64,000 bases of DNA from Pocillopora damicornis (taxonomy: Eukaryota): the NCBI RefSeq assembly GCF_003704095.1, contig NW_020846063.1, positions 434,001 through 498,000 of the forward strand. The letters run 5' to 3'. Shown here one piece after another: positions 51,691-64,000 of this stretch (positions are counted from its first letter, which is position 1; every line of letters begins with the position of its first letter). The notes below the pieces were generated by a model that was given only the letters and a program-made list of their open reading frames with translations, was not told where the DNA came from and ran no database searches. Position numbers and translations under genes: made by a program.

Positions 51691-54600
51691 ATGTTTCTTT
51701 TACTTCTATTTTTTTACTGTACGTTTTTTCTTACTCTTGATTCGACACACGCTGGCAAATGCCGACAAATTGACTTCACTAAGCTTCCGGCATGCGCCAA
51801 CGTTGGCTACAAATCTACAGCGAATTTTTCACAAATTGGAGAACAAAGCTATCAAGACTATGTCTCATCAAAAGTCACCTACTTTTCTGATCGTTTCAAC
51901 AGTTGTTCTCCGTATTCTAGGATGTTCGTTTGCTCTCGTTACCTTCCAAAGTGTTCCAAGGACGTTGAAGGCCCCATACTCCCCTGTAGAGAAGTGTGTG
52001 ATCAATTTTTGGACGATTGTCACAAAGAATTGAAAGACAGTGGACTGTATAGACGTTACGTTGCCTACTGTAGACTTCTCTCTTCTAAAAGAGAAGCATC
52101 TATGCAGTGTTTAAAACCTTCTGGATTTGTTCCTCGACCAAATAAAAAAGGTGAGCTAAAAAAATTGGATGATATTCTCCACATTTTGTTGCAATGTTAT
52201 AAGAAGTTTATTAGCTACACACTCTCTTCATTACAAGGTATGTTTCTTAGGTGCAGGGTAAATATGTTCTCTGAAATTTAATGACAACTGTTGGCTTAAA
52301 ATATTTTCTACATTCCAAGTAGCATTTTTGCAATTATGAGTCATACCGTTTTGTCAAACAATGTTTTCCTGCAAAAAAATAATGTTAACTTATTGATTAC
52401 AAATCGTTTAAATCTTTGCTATGACAGTATTTTAAACATCTTCATTAATATTCGCCAATGTCAACTAAAGATATTTTTATCATGATGTATCTTTTTCACT
52501 CCCAAGTATTTTAAAACAATTCAGCCATGGTTTCATTTACTAAAAAGTACCAAGTGTAATTTAATTTAAGTCTACCTCAGCTGAGCAAAATTTATTTCGG
52601 AGGACACGCGATAAAGCAACCGCTGGGTTTCGTTAAATTAAAAAATCAACAAAGATTCACTCTTAAACAAAAAATGACTCTTAAACTTATTTTCATACCA
52701 TTAACAGCGTCTTATAATTTCACGTGAGAAGTTAACATCGAACACTGTTTGACAGGTTTAAACCAATCAATAAATCCTCTGGAGACACTCACGATCAAAA
52801 AACTAACCACGCTAGCTTAATATTTTTAATTACAAGTGCTCCAGCTATTCAACAGGTGAGCTGGAAACGTTAAAAAAAATCAAATGCATGCATTTTTTTG
52901 ACATGAAAGAAAAATAAAAAAGGTATCTTTTGATCAAACTTAAGACTGATGGCAGCTCTAGATGCAAAAATTTGTACACTCGGAAATTGCTTAGTCGTCG
53001 TATATTTAAGTCCGGAATGTCGTGACGATGAAAAAAAAATATTTTCGCTGTTCAACAGTAGTCATGGCAACCTCTTTTTACATATAGAGCAAACAAAAAA
53101 CGAACTGTGAAAATATAAAACGTTATACAGACTTTCGGGTAAAGTGTTTAATATTTGTTTTTGGAGAACAAAACAGCTCAACACACGAAACCGCGTCGAA
53201 AATCGAGAAAGTGATTGTGGATTCAAAACTTGTTCTCGCAGACTTAGAAAATCAAAACGATCCCCCTTTCTCAGTTCCGTTCGTGAGGAAAAAAACTTCG
53301 GCAGAATTAACGTGTTTATCGCACTTAGGATCGCAAGACTATGACATATTTCAATTTTTTTTAAAAATTATTTCTTTTAATTGTTTGACAGACTTAGCTC
53401 GCCTTTTCTCAGTCTTGAAGGTTTGTGACTTTGAACATCGCTGTATGATTTTACGTCTGCTCCACCCTCAGCCACCGCTGTCTTACAAGTTCAAACTTTA
53501 GCTTAAAGAAGTTGATTTACACATGTTTAAGAAAGAGCGAAATCAAGTACCCTATTGACGGTCCGATATTGAAGAAGTTCCATGCCAAAAATAGCAGTAG
53601 CTTGCAATGAAATCTGTTGATATTTCAAATGTCTGCTTGCTGAGTTGTTGCATGTTTTGTTGTAGAGTTGTCTTATTTCTTATTCGTGGCTTAAAAATTG
53701 TGTTCCATGAGATTTTAAAAATCATAAAAACAAAAGTCGTAAAAAACCCGATTAAATTTTTTCCTGAAACACTGTTTGGTGCGTTGGTGGGCTGACGGAA
53801 TTTCCGGAATACTATAGTCATTAACAACTTGAAGTTGAGAAGGGTTAAGTCATTACCACAATTAATTTTGAAAGTCTGAAGTTTCGAGAGCAAGCCTTTT
53901 ACTAAAGATAGGTGTAGGGTTTTTGGGTTGTACCACTTCACACTTACAAGATATTGAATCTAACAACATTCACATCGGCAAGGCAACACGTGACAAAAGC
54001 ATAGCATGAATTGTTCGCTGTAGAATTAAGCTATCAGTGACAAAAAGTAATATTTAGAGGTGCTTGACAAGGATGACTTGCTGGCGAAGACTGAAAGTAA
54101 ATTCTCTTTAATCCGCAGTCCATTAAAATGGAATTCTGCCGTAGCTCTTAACAGTTTCCTATAGCAAGTGTTAAGTCAATTAGCTTTTCGCTTGACAAAT
54201 CTCCATTTCCGAAAAAAGGCATGTTAGGACTTTGGATACAGGACCGTGTCAAAGCGACTTGTCAAGTAAAATTTAAAATGTTTTGAAATATTGCCACTGA
54301 AGAACTTTTCAAGGAGAAACAGGTCAAGTTTTACCAATAATTCATTAAATTCCTATTCGTCAGATATTTGGAGAATTGTGACAACTAAAACGACTGAATA
54401 ATACATCAAACTAGAATACTAAAGCGAAGGTGTCTTTTTTTTATTGCTTTATAGAACCATTATTACCAAGTTGTGAAACCGCAAGTCGGCCTGCTTGTTT
54501 GAAAGACAATGTCAGTGGACTGAGAAACAACACAAGACATCGACTCCAGTCTTTTCTCAGCAATCTCGACCCAGTCCTAAACTCAAGTTGCTCAGTCAAG

Positions 54601-57404
54601 TTAAGACGGTTAGCCTGCTTCATTGAGACTGCACCCTGCGTCACTAATGATGGTTCCACCCTTCACGCCTGTCCATCTATGTGCCAGGAAGTCAGACGTG
54701 ATTGTGAAGAGGAATTTAAGAAACATAACATCGACTTTCCACAGTGCATACCTTATCACCCTGAAATTCCTGCTGGAGATGGTTTGTGCAAGCTTTCTCG
54801 TTGGCCTGTACCGTGGCCTAATACAACTGGAACACAAGTGTTAGGTTGGTGTCAGATCATTGAAAGTTTAGTCCGCAGTGTTATCTTTTTAATTATCATT
54901 CCACAACTATGCCATTGTATCATATTAGGGCACTGGGATGCGCAAAATCAGCTGCGGTATTGCATTGCAGAACAGCAGGGCAACAGCGCTTCAGATATTT
55001 TTTAATTCGATAGTTTCGTTTTGGTTGTTTTCCTCTTTCGCGCACGCCTTATGCGATCGATGCGATGCGCAGATGAGGCCTTGGGATTAACTTGGAAGAC
55101 TGAAAGCAAAAATACCAGAAACCAAAATCATAGTGAATTAATAAATCCCTTATTCGATGGTTTAACATCTCAGCTCATTGGCCACATTATTCCTCGTCCC
55201 TACCCCCCTAAACATCGAATAAGGTGTATAAATCCATTTCTGTGCAACCTTCGAAACCCAAATGCGCTGAAAATATACTTCTACTGAGAATAGTCTCGAT
55301 GAAAATATAACTCCTTTTGCCGATCATCCGTAACAGTGCACACGAAGCAATTAATTAATATAGCTAATAAAAACTCTTTTTCCAACGGATATGAGCCGAT
55401 TTCGCTTATGTTAGCCCAACATGTTTTCAATAACGGAATGCAAATTTATCATTCAGTTAAACCGGTTTGATTTTAACTCTTCCTGCTGTGAAAAATGACG
55501 ATAAGTAATTTCTGGTATCATTAATAATGTACCCCTCGTCGATTTCTGTCCGCGGATAAATTCTGATGGTTAGTACAAAAAAATGAACTTGTGCACCCTT
55601 ACAACAGAAATTTACCACAATTTTCGGTGAACTTCTCTTAAAATTTACAAACTGCAAATCGTTTTTTCCCTCCACAAACAACATTGAAACGCGTCTCTAC
55701 TCTTGATTGGCAAACGGACCGCACTCCTCTAATGCAGGGATATTAGGACTTGTGGTGATTGGATATCGCTTGATAATCGCAATGTTTGTTAAGGTGTTGA
55801 TTATAATCTTTTGGCATCCGCGACAAAAAAAAAAACAAAAAAAAAAAACGGCTTAAACCGCAATTGAAGAAACCAAGATTGTAGGCTAATACACGTGCAC
55901 GGGCGTTTGAAAAGATAAATCCGGGCTAAGAGGTCAAGGTTTAATTTAAATCCTTCCGTCGTTTGCGTTCCAGACATAACTTAAAACCATCTGATAGATC
56001 ATGAATACGAAAAAATATATATCTTCAGCAGGATGATGTACTGATAGCGCGCTGAATTATAAAAACTATAAACAACCCGTCAAGAAATTGAGTTTCAATC
56101 AACAAGAAGATTGGCGGTTAGATCTTAGAAGTAGAGGGATTTTTTTAAGAAAAGAGTTTACGCTGTACTACTCTTTTCTTAACTGTTCACTTTTCACTGA
56201 TTTTCTCTTCAGAGACAACTCCCAGAATCTTTAGAACAAACCCTGCAGTTATCTCCAAAGTGGACGAAGGATTTGACATTGATTCAAACATGGAGAGCAA
56301 GATAGGCACAACAGGTATAAAAACATATCGCGGGCGCAAGTTAAGAAGCTAGAGTTGCGCTCGGCTGCGCCTTGAGCACCTCTTACCCTTCTCTCGTACT
56401 CTCCAAACTTCCCGCGTGCTCTATATACGCACGCTAAGTATGAACTAATTATTTAATGTCAATAATCAATATATTTAACAACTAGGTTACGAGTGCAAGA
56501 TTTCTATCGCGTGATAGCTGATCAAGGGCGACGCCCGAATATACTATCACAGATAGAAACGGGAAACGAATATTTTAGTTATTTTATTATAAATCTACTA
56601 GTCGTTCAAAATGTAATAACCGGGTAGGTTCGTGTTTTTATTCTAATTTGTTGGCAACTGCACACTGTTAGGGGCCTCTCTCCACTCACTTTTCATCACA
56701 GAATAGACACCGAGTAGTGGAGCCACCCAGATTTCAGCATTTGTGATATAATGATACAGATTTATACTAAATAATAGTAAATAATATAAAATAATAGTCT
56801 ACTTCTAGGAACACAGAATTACAATCTCCACTTTCATTTTCTATAAATTAAGAATGATCGTATTGATAGAGCTGGCTAAGAAAGTAAAACGGTACCGGCG
56901 CGAATTAAGCTGAACATTTCTCATTCCGCATGAACAGCACAGGACTACTTGCATGATATTACAATGCACACCGAGTGATGAAACATCCAGAACCATTTCA
57001 AGAAACCTAAGTGATCTGAAGTTCTCCGTCAGTTTCTTGGTGCGAGACACTAAAACAATCGTCTTTAGCATCCACATAAATGATCTAAAATACTTGTTTT
57101 GTTTTGTTTTGTTGTAGACCAATCCAAGCCTAGTAGCGACAAGGAATTAGAAAAGAAGCCATTATCAAGTTTAGTTCTTGCTGTCGCCGTTGTGGGATTT
57201 TTAATGGTATTTTCGTTTTTGACATTTATGTTACATCTGTTTTTGAAAAAGCTCAAGAAAAATGCCAGGGCAAGAAAGAGAGGAAGTGGGAAATATGTCA
57301 AGGATGCGAACATTTCGTCTAATGGAAAAGCAGTTACAGTGGGCGAGAAAAAGAATGTGAGCTTTGAAGAAGAAATACATAAAACTGGGACTGCTCTTTA
57401 TTAA
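51691..57404 (+). CDS. Cluster gene 9: two FZ-type CRDs, stalk exon, TM, tail; ~412 aa
   Basis: Exons 51691-52150, 54455-54844, 56213-56314 (ETTPRIFRTNPAVISKVDEGFDIDSNMESKIGTT), 57118-57404; 1239 nt in frame. TM LVLAVAVVGFLMVFSFLTFMLHLFL. The donor at 54845 and the stalk exon are less certain. Confidence 0.82.
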
Positions 57405-58640
57405 CAGTCATGTGATTGCCGTCTATTGGGTCAAGTTGGAGTGAAGGCAATTTCAACGGAGTACCCATAGTAAACCAAGATACGTTCGCCGATGGCTCTT
57501 CACGATGTTCCGACATTGTTTTAGAAAACTCGGACTGACCTATCTACCGATCAGATGTAAGATAAAATCAATCGCAACTTGTTCGCTCGTGTTTTCCCAC
57601 AATTCAGGCAGTTTACATGTACATTGTAATTATTTTGAGACCAGCTCCTGTCAAAGAGTCAGAGAACATTTGAATTGATACTAAGTTAAAGTTGAATTTG
57701 AGTTGATGATTGTAACCCTTTAGATATATGTTCCAGTTAGGACGAAAAGGCGACTAAGCACATGTATGTTTGCTATTATAATTTACATGCATCACTCACG
57801 ACATATGCGTGATTCTATGCTACCTTATTGAACAGCATCAGAAAAAAAACCGGAAAGTAATGATATCTTTTCCTCCATGCGTATGATTTAAAAGCGGTAA
57901 AACTATTCAAAACTTGTGTTTTAAAGTTCGTGATTTAGTGGCCTTCATCTTCAGCTCAAGATACCAAAAGCTTGTTGGTGACAAAGACTAAGTAATACAG
58001 AACTTCAAAGATACTTTTATTGGTATATATTTTGTATATTTCGATCTCAAGGTGTAATTTTCCTAAATTATTTTAGATATAAAACCCTTCAGGGTAACTT
58101 TGAAGGTAAAGTAGACTAGATTTTTCAGTTACAGACTTCTTTTTTCAATATGGCCTGCATTGAAATGCAGAAATTACACATTGAACTCATGTTACTTAGG
58201 AATTACTTAAAAAAAGAAAACTCTAAAAGTTATTTTTGATACTACAAAAGTAAAACAAACAAACAAACATTTCAAGAAATAAAATGAATTAACCAACAAG
58301 TGGAGGATATGATATAAAAAACTTGTTCTATTTACATAAAACAAGAAGGTCAATAAAAATTCACTGTTTCCAAAGCTTACAAGCTTTGACCTTTCTTATG
58401 GTCAAGTTATTACGCTTTATGCAAAATGGTACCTGCTGCAATGAATCAACATAATTGAAAAAAAATGGAAATGTGCACTTTGCTCAGAGAACCTGGAAGT
58501 CAGAATTTAGCCCATATGGCTGACTAGAGCCCAGCTTGAAGACAGGCACCAGCATCTCACTTCCCTTCCCTTGTGCATGCCAGTGGCAGAGCATAACACC
58601 TACGTTGCCAATGCAGTGGCAACTTGTGCCAGTGGCTTTG

Positions 58641-60674
58641 TCAGGTCTCTTCAGCACTACAAACAAATCCGATGTCTTTGTAAAGCTTAAGGGCAGAATG
58701 TCTGTACACCTCTGTTATAAGACTCACTGATTCCTTCCCATGATCCTTATGGTAAAGAAGAACGTGCAATGCAAGAGCCCTTCCCAAGCCCTGTCTGTGA
58801 TACTCAGGCAAGACTGCCAACCAATGAAGACGTCCTTCCAATGAATTCAATTTGTCTTGCCAGGCAAATGCTGTGGCTACATACCTCTTGTTATGTCTGA
58901 TGAAGAAAAAGCCATCTTCCTTAAACAGAGGACTTGATGCATACCTGTACAAAATAAAAGACAGTCTATGACTGTATGTGCCTACTGCTCTATAGTTGTA
59001 GAGTATTGCAGTAAAAAAGCAATGTGGTGTAAAATGCAGAGAGGTCAATAAACAGTTCTTGTTGATGCCAAACTTGTGATAAGAGGAAATCCTGGTTAGA
59101 GAAGAGTTTGTACACTGGGCAATTGTTTTAGAGTTTTTATGTTGCAAATAATTTTTTATTGTCAAAGCAAATCTTTGTTAAAGAAAATTTTGATAATAGC
59201 TTTTAGGGGGAATGACATATTTTTTAGGACAATGCCTCCCAGAGGATTCTTTACAATATTATTATACCCTAATTACTTCAGAATGAGTCATCCAGAAATG
59301 ATAAATTGCACACCTCTCAACAAATCTCTCTGCACTCCAATCAGACACAAATTCACCAAATGCTTCTTTAACTAAAAATGAAGATATCACAATATCTGAG
59401 AAAATTGGAAACCATTGGCTAGTGCATGCCATGACAGGTTAAAAGGTTTGGAACTGAGACCTTGGTGCAGGTCATTATGTTGCATTCTTCAGAAAGACTC
59501 ATTATTCTTGGTGTAATTCTTTCTATCTGGGGTGCTGATAAATTGACATAAATTGACATTCTTCATAAAAACCCTTTACTCTCACTTTAAGTCTTTCTAT
59601 CTGGGGTGCTGATAAATTGACATAGAGAGCAACGAGTTTTGATGTTGTAAGCTTCTTCAGTCTGAAGATGTTGCCTTCATTCCATCCATAACTGTAACCA
59701 ACAACTTGTTAGCAGGTACAAAAAAATAAATGACCATCACCCACCTACCTATTTGAATCCATCTGTGTTCATCACCATTCTGTGCAAAATATGAAAGTTA
59801 CTGTATATTTGAAAAGTGAACTTAAACTTTTTTTTATCTAAATGTGTTTCATCAAATTTTTGCTAAATAAATTTTTCAATAAAGATGAGTTTCACTCTTC
59901 CTGTAACATTATCAAGTGAAGGCATCAAATCAAAATTATTCTTCTTTCCTTCTGAGGTCTCAAATAAAGTAAAAATTTCCACACAGCCCTATATTGCATT
60001 ATGTGTTCAGTTCTTGGATACAGAAAACAATGACAAAAACAATACATTGCCATTAGGAAAACATATTTGTTTTACAATAGTATGGGGCTGTGCAGAATGT
60101 TACCCAATTAAATGTTAGTCTGTCATCTCTGAGAGTGATTAGCATTTAATTTTTCCACACAGTATCACCCTTTAATCACACATTAAGGTAACGAGAATGA
60201 AGGAAATGATCATCAACTAAAGAACCTCTTAATTATTAAACAAATTCTCCTTGTCAGCACCTTGGGAAATGTATAGAGAACAATATGGAGAATGTGCATA
60301 TTGATCTTTGGATGGAAAGGGTTAGGCTAGAGGAACTGTGGGTCTAAAAGTGGCGTATATATTAGGCAAAAGTTGGGTAGGGGTGGGGGGAGACGTTTGA
60401 AGGTATTGGGGATTGGAGAATCTAGAAACATGATATGACCAAACTAGAAGTTGAGGCAATCTTTGCATCTTACTGCATTTTCTAATCATTGCTTGTTTGT
60501 ACACGATCAATTCACATCTTGCCGTCGTTTAATTCTTCATACCACATTCGTACGTAAAAGAAGTGCACTTCTTACCTTCCAAGTGCAAATTACAAAATCA
60601 CTGCTCAATCTAACTTCTGGAATCGATTTTTCTTGAAGATTACAAAAGTTTAACCGACACTGATCTTCTCTCAT
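58641..60674 (-). CDS. GNAT-family N-acetyltransferase, ~163 aa, 4 exons
   Basis: Exons 60674-60576 (MREDQCRLNFCNLQEKSIPEVRLSSDFVICTWK), 59779-59749 (NGDEHRWIQI), 59371-59314 (VKEAFGEFVSDWSAERFVE), 58944-58641; 492 nt in frame with matching intron phases. Acetyl-CoA motif A LAVLPEYHRQGLGRAL and C-terminal ALKLYKDIGF. Confidence 0.85.
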
Positions 60675-60783
60675 AACTATTAATATAAGCGATATCCTGC
60701 TTGCACTTTTTAGACATTACATGTTGGCTTACACGACACCCTGACCAATTCATTCTGCCCACAATGCAGCAAGGCTCTGAGGT

Positions 60784-60795
60784 TTTCGCGCCAAA
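60784..60795 (+). promoter_or_regulatory. E2F binding site TTTCGCGCCAAA in the MCM7/GNAT bidirectional promoter
   Basis: Matches the classic overlapping E2F element, ~105 bp upstream of the MCM7 ATG; MCM genes are established E2F targets. A CCAAT box lies nearby (~60745). Confidence 0.7.
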
Positions 60796-60900
60796 TTCGT
60801 CACATGTTCCACGACGCTTTAGTCGAACAGATCAAGTCTTCCAGTTAGGCAACGAGTAAAGCACGTCTTTTTGCTTCAGAGTTTAAATTCTGCACCAAGT

Positions 60901-63829
60901 ATGCCTGATTATCAAGCAGAAAAAGGTAACCGAACGATTTTTGATCTCTTTTGGTTGTTGTGTTGCAATTACAGTGATTACGGTTACGGTTTGGCTTCAT
61001 GTGTTTTATTTCGCATCGATCTCGTTGCAGACAAAGCAAAGCGGTTTCTCGCAGAGTTTTACCTCGACGGAGACGGTGGAAAACTCTTCAAATACGGAGA
61101 ACAGCTTGTGAGTAGAAATCTGTGGATAACTTCCCCTTGAGTGGTTTGAAATTTATTGCCTTTGTTGTCCACGCAACGAAAAAGAAATATATTTATGGTC
61201 GAGCAAGTTGATTTTAGATTATCCTGTTTAGTTCCACAAATAAAGTTTCTAAATAATGTTTTCTTTCAAGGTTAAAATTGCCCATCGCGAACAGGTAGAA
61301 CTCTTGATTGAGCTTGATGATATCGCCGAGGTAAGGCACTTCGTTTGATCGATTTTGCGGAGTGACTTTGATCCGAATCCTAATTAATTAGGTCAGCTTT
61401 TGAGCATATTTTTTTGTCTGCATGCGACAGAACATTTATCAGTAGGTTATTTGCAATGGTTAAATACGATTATGCTATTACTCTACGCATCCAGAGTATA
61501 GATAGTTCGTGTAAATCCGTCGCAATAGTAATCGTGTGCATAACGAAGCGTTGAAAAAGTTAGGAGAGCTCGAGGAGTACACAGCCTATTCTATGGTCTT
61601 GCAAAATATGACATAAAAATTCCAAGTTTATTTTTGGTGATCGAGCTAGCGGATGTGAAAGCCTTTACTTCTAGGAGTTAACTCCATGCCACAAGACTGA
61701 GTTGACCTTAATTTCAGTATTGGCCTCGTACTGGTTATACAAGTGTTAGTAGAATGAAGAGAAATTCAGGAAGTAACGTTATTTACAACATTTTCTTGTG
61801 TTACACGTAGATTGATCCTGAGTTATCAGAAAACATTTTGGAAAATGCACGTCGTTACAAACAGTTGTTTGAGGATGCTGTGTTTGAAATGTTGCCAGAC
61901 TACAAGGAGAGAGAGGTACAGTGTAGGACAGGTGTTCAGAAATAAAGCTGAAGTCACATTGTCAGCATTATTGGTGAAGAAGTTGTTGAGCCAAAGCTAA
62001 AAAAAACTACAGATATAGTCATGTACATATACATGTTATATTTTCACTAATGAGTTAAAAAAAAATGAGCAGCTATGTACATCCTCCTAGCAACAAACAT
62101 ATCAGGGAAAATAAGTTTAAAATAGCTGTGATCACCACATTGTACCTAAGTAGAAATAACACCAATTAAATAAACCTTAAAGGAACAAGGATCACAAATA
62201 TAATAATGATGATTTTCAAATGACAAACTTAAATAATTTAGACACAATTTTTTTTGATGAACAGTACACAGTGCAGTTCTGTGAACAGTTTTATGACAAT
62301 TGTCATAATTTTGTGTCTTTTAAGGTTCAAGTGAAAGATGCCTTAGATGTGTACATCGAACATCGCCTTCTGTTGGAGCAGCGGAACAGAAATGATACAG
62401 AGGCAAGAGACCCAAGGAACAAATATCCACCAGAGCTTCTTAGGAGATAGTAAGTCTCTGACATGGGAGAGGGGGGGTGGATCTTAGTGGGAAGTTTTGA
62501 TGGGGGACCCAAACTTTGGTTTGGAAAACAAGCAAAATACTTCTCTTTACCTCCTAAACCGTAAGAGTGAACAGCTTCTAGTTTCTCCCAACAGTACTAC
62601 TCCTGAATCATTCATTAAGATCATGAGGATATGAAGGATAATTGTCAACCTGCGACGCTTTGATTGTTAAATGAATTCTCCTTGACAGTATGAAAGGAAA
62701 CTTATAGAAAAGAGCACAGAGAATATAGATACTGATGTTAGGGTGTAAAGGGTTGATAGTCTTTTTCTCATGTAGGGTTTCATTATGTTGAAATTGACTT
62801 ACCTTGGATAAAGGTTTCCAGACTGTCACACTTTTTATTGACCTTTTTATTTTTCCTTTTTTGTTAATTTTTGTCAGTGAGGTGTATTTTAAGCACCTAA
62901 GCACACACAAGGCCAGTGCTGTGCGTGAAGTGAAAGCTGACAACATTGGTAAACTTGTTGTGGTGCGTGGAATTGTCACAAGGTGTACAGAAGTAAAACC
63001 AGTTGTTGAAGTAGCAACATACACTTGTGATCAATGTGGTGCAGAGTCTTATCAGCCAGTATGTACACTATTTGCTTTATTTTGATCCCAGACATGACTG
63101 AAAATTTTAAGGAGAGTTTTTAAGATGTCTTGTGTCTGCACTCATGTGGCTGAGATGTTGAATGCTGGTTTCATTTTTCCAGATTTCATCGCAGACATTT
63201 ATGCCGCTTCTGATGTGCCCCAGTGAGGAGTGCAAGGTTAACAAGTAAGTTCTAAAATTTGATCTCCAACCTTTACATCATTTCAAATATATTTATTGTT
63301 ATTATAATTATTTTCTTGGCTGTTGTCGAGTACAATTAACTTAGGGATTAAAAAATACATGTATCTGACATCTTCCTCTCCTTTCATGATTGGCATTTTG
63401 GGAGAATTATTAAGTAGGCAGGTAAGCTACAAAAGTTGCTATGGCAAAAGGGAAAGCATACCCCAAAAAGGACTGAATATGTTTTTTTGGAATTCTTCAC
63501 ATGAATATATTCTAAGACACAGAATGAGATGTTTTCAAGGCTTAAAATTGTCTGAATCTTTCCCTTTTAGGGCTGGTGGTCGTCTTTACCTTCAAACAAG
63601 AGGCTCTAAGTTTGTTAAATTCCAAGAACTAAAAATCCAAGAACACAGTGATCAAGTTCCTGTGGGAAACATTCCAAGGACTATGACGGTCATAGCAAAA
63701 GGTGAAACAACTCGTCTTGCAGTACCTGGGGATCACATCGCTGCTACAGGAGTGTTCCTCCCTATGATGAAGACTGGATTTAGGCAGCTTACCCAGGGAT
63801 TGTTATCAGAAACATTTCTAGAGGCTCAT
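60901..63829 (+). CDS. MCM7: DNA replication licensing factor MCM7, 5' part (continues past the window end)
   Basis: Exons 60901-60925, 61031-61107, 61271-61330, 61811-61915, 62325-62449, 62878-63058, 63183-63244, 63571-63829. Diagnostic peptides: [124 protein letters not shown]. Confidence 0.97.
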
Positions 63830-64000
63830 GTAAGTTTCCCAAAAATTTGCTTATCTGGAAAGTTATCGTTTTTCAATTGATTTGAAATTCAAAACTGTTT
63901 GGGGTTTGATTTTAGAGTCTCACATATAAGAATTCTTTAACATCTTTCCTGATTTGTATATATAGACATGTAGTTTTAGGTAAATGTGAACAAGTTAAAT

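Noticed and set aside
2293-57404. Calling the cluster genes Frizzled, sFRP, Smoothened, ROR or corin
   Set aside because: No 7TM region, KTxxxW motif, netrin, kringle/kinase, LDLa or protease exons were found; each gene ends in a single TM exon with a stop codon.
59580-59692. Additional open stretch in GNAT intron 2 (YGWNEGNIFRLKK...)
   Set aside because: The phase is incompatible with the flanking exons; the 4-exon model is already complete, and the region contains a local 32-bp duplication.

Overview
AT-rich, intron-containing animal DNA, most likely a cnidarian (stony coral); the taxon is inferred only from repeat and intron style. About 57 kb of the window is a tandem cluster of nine spliced genes encoding a family of single-pass type I membrane proteins: signal peptide + a pair of Frizzled-type cysteine-rich domains (a fixed 'A' CRD then 'B' CRD; three pairs in gene 1; 22 CRDs in total) + a Ser/Thr/Pro stalk of variable length + one TM helix + a short cytoplasmic tail, usually with a conserved juxtamembrane Tyr (often YxxQ/H). 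There is no 7TM region, kinase or netrin domain, so these are not Frizzled, Smoothened, ROR/MuSK or sFRP. I built all nine gene models by hand from splice signals. Eight sum to intact reading frames; gene 3 spans an assembly gap. Several exons are missing from the ORF track. The cluster is followed by a 4-exon GNAT acetyltransferase gene lying head-to-head with the 5' part of MCM7, with an E2F site between them. Introns and spacers carry MITEs, SINE-like repeats, micro/minisatellites and several hammerhead-ribozyme-like repeat copies.
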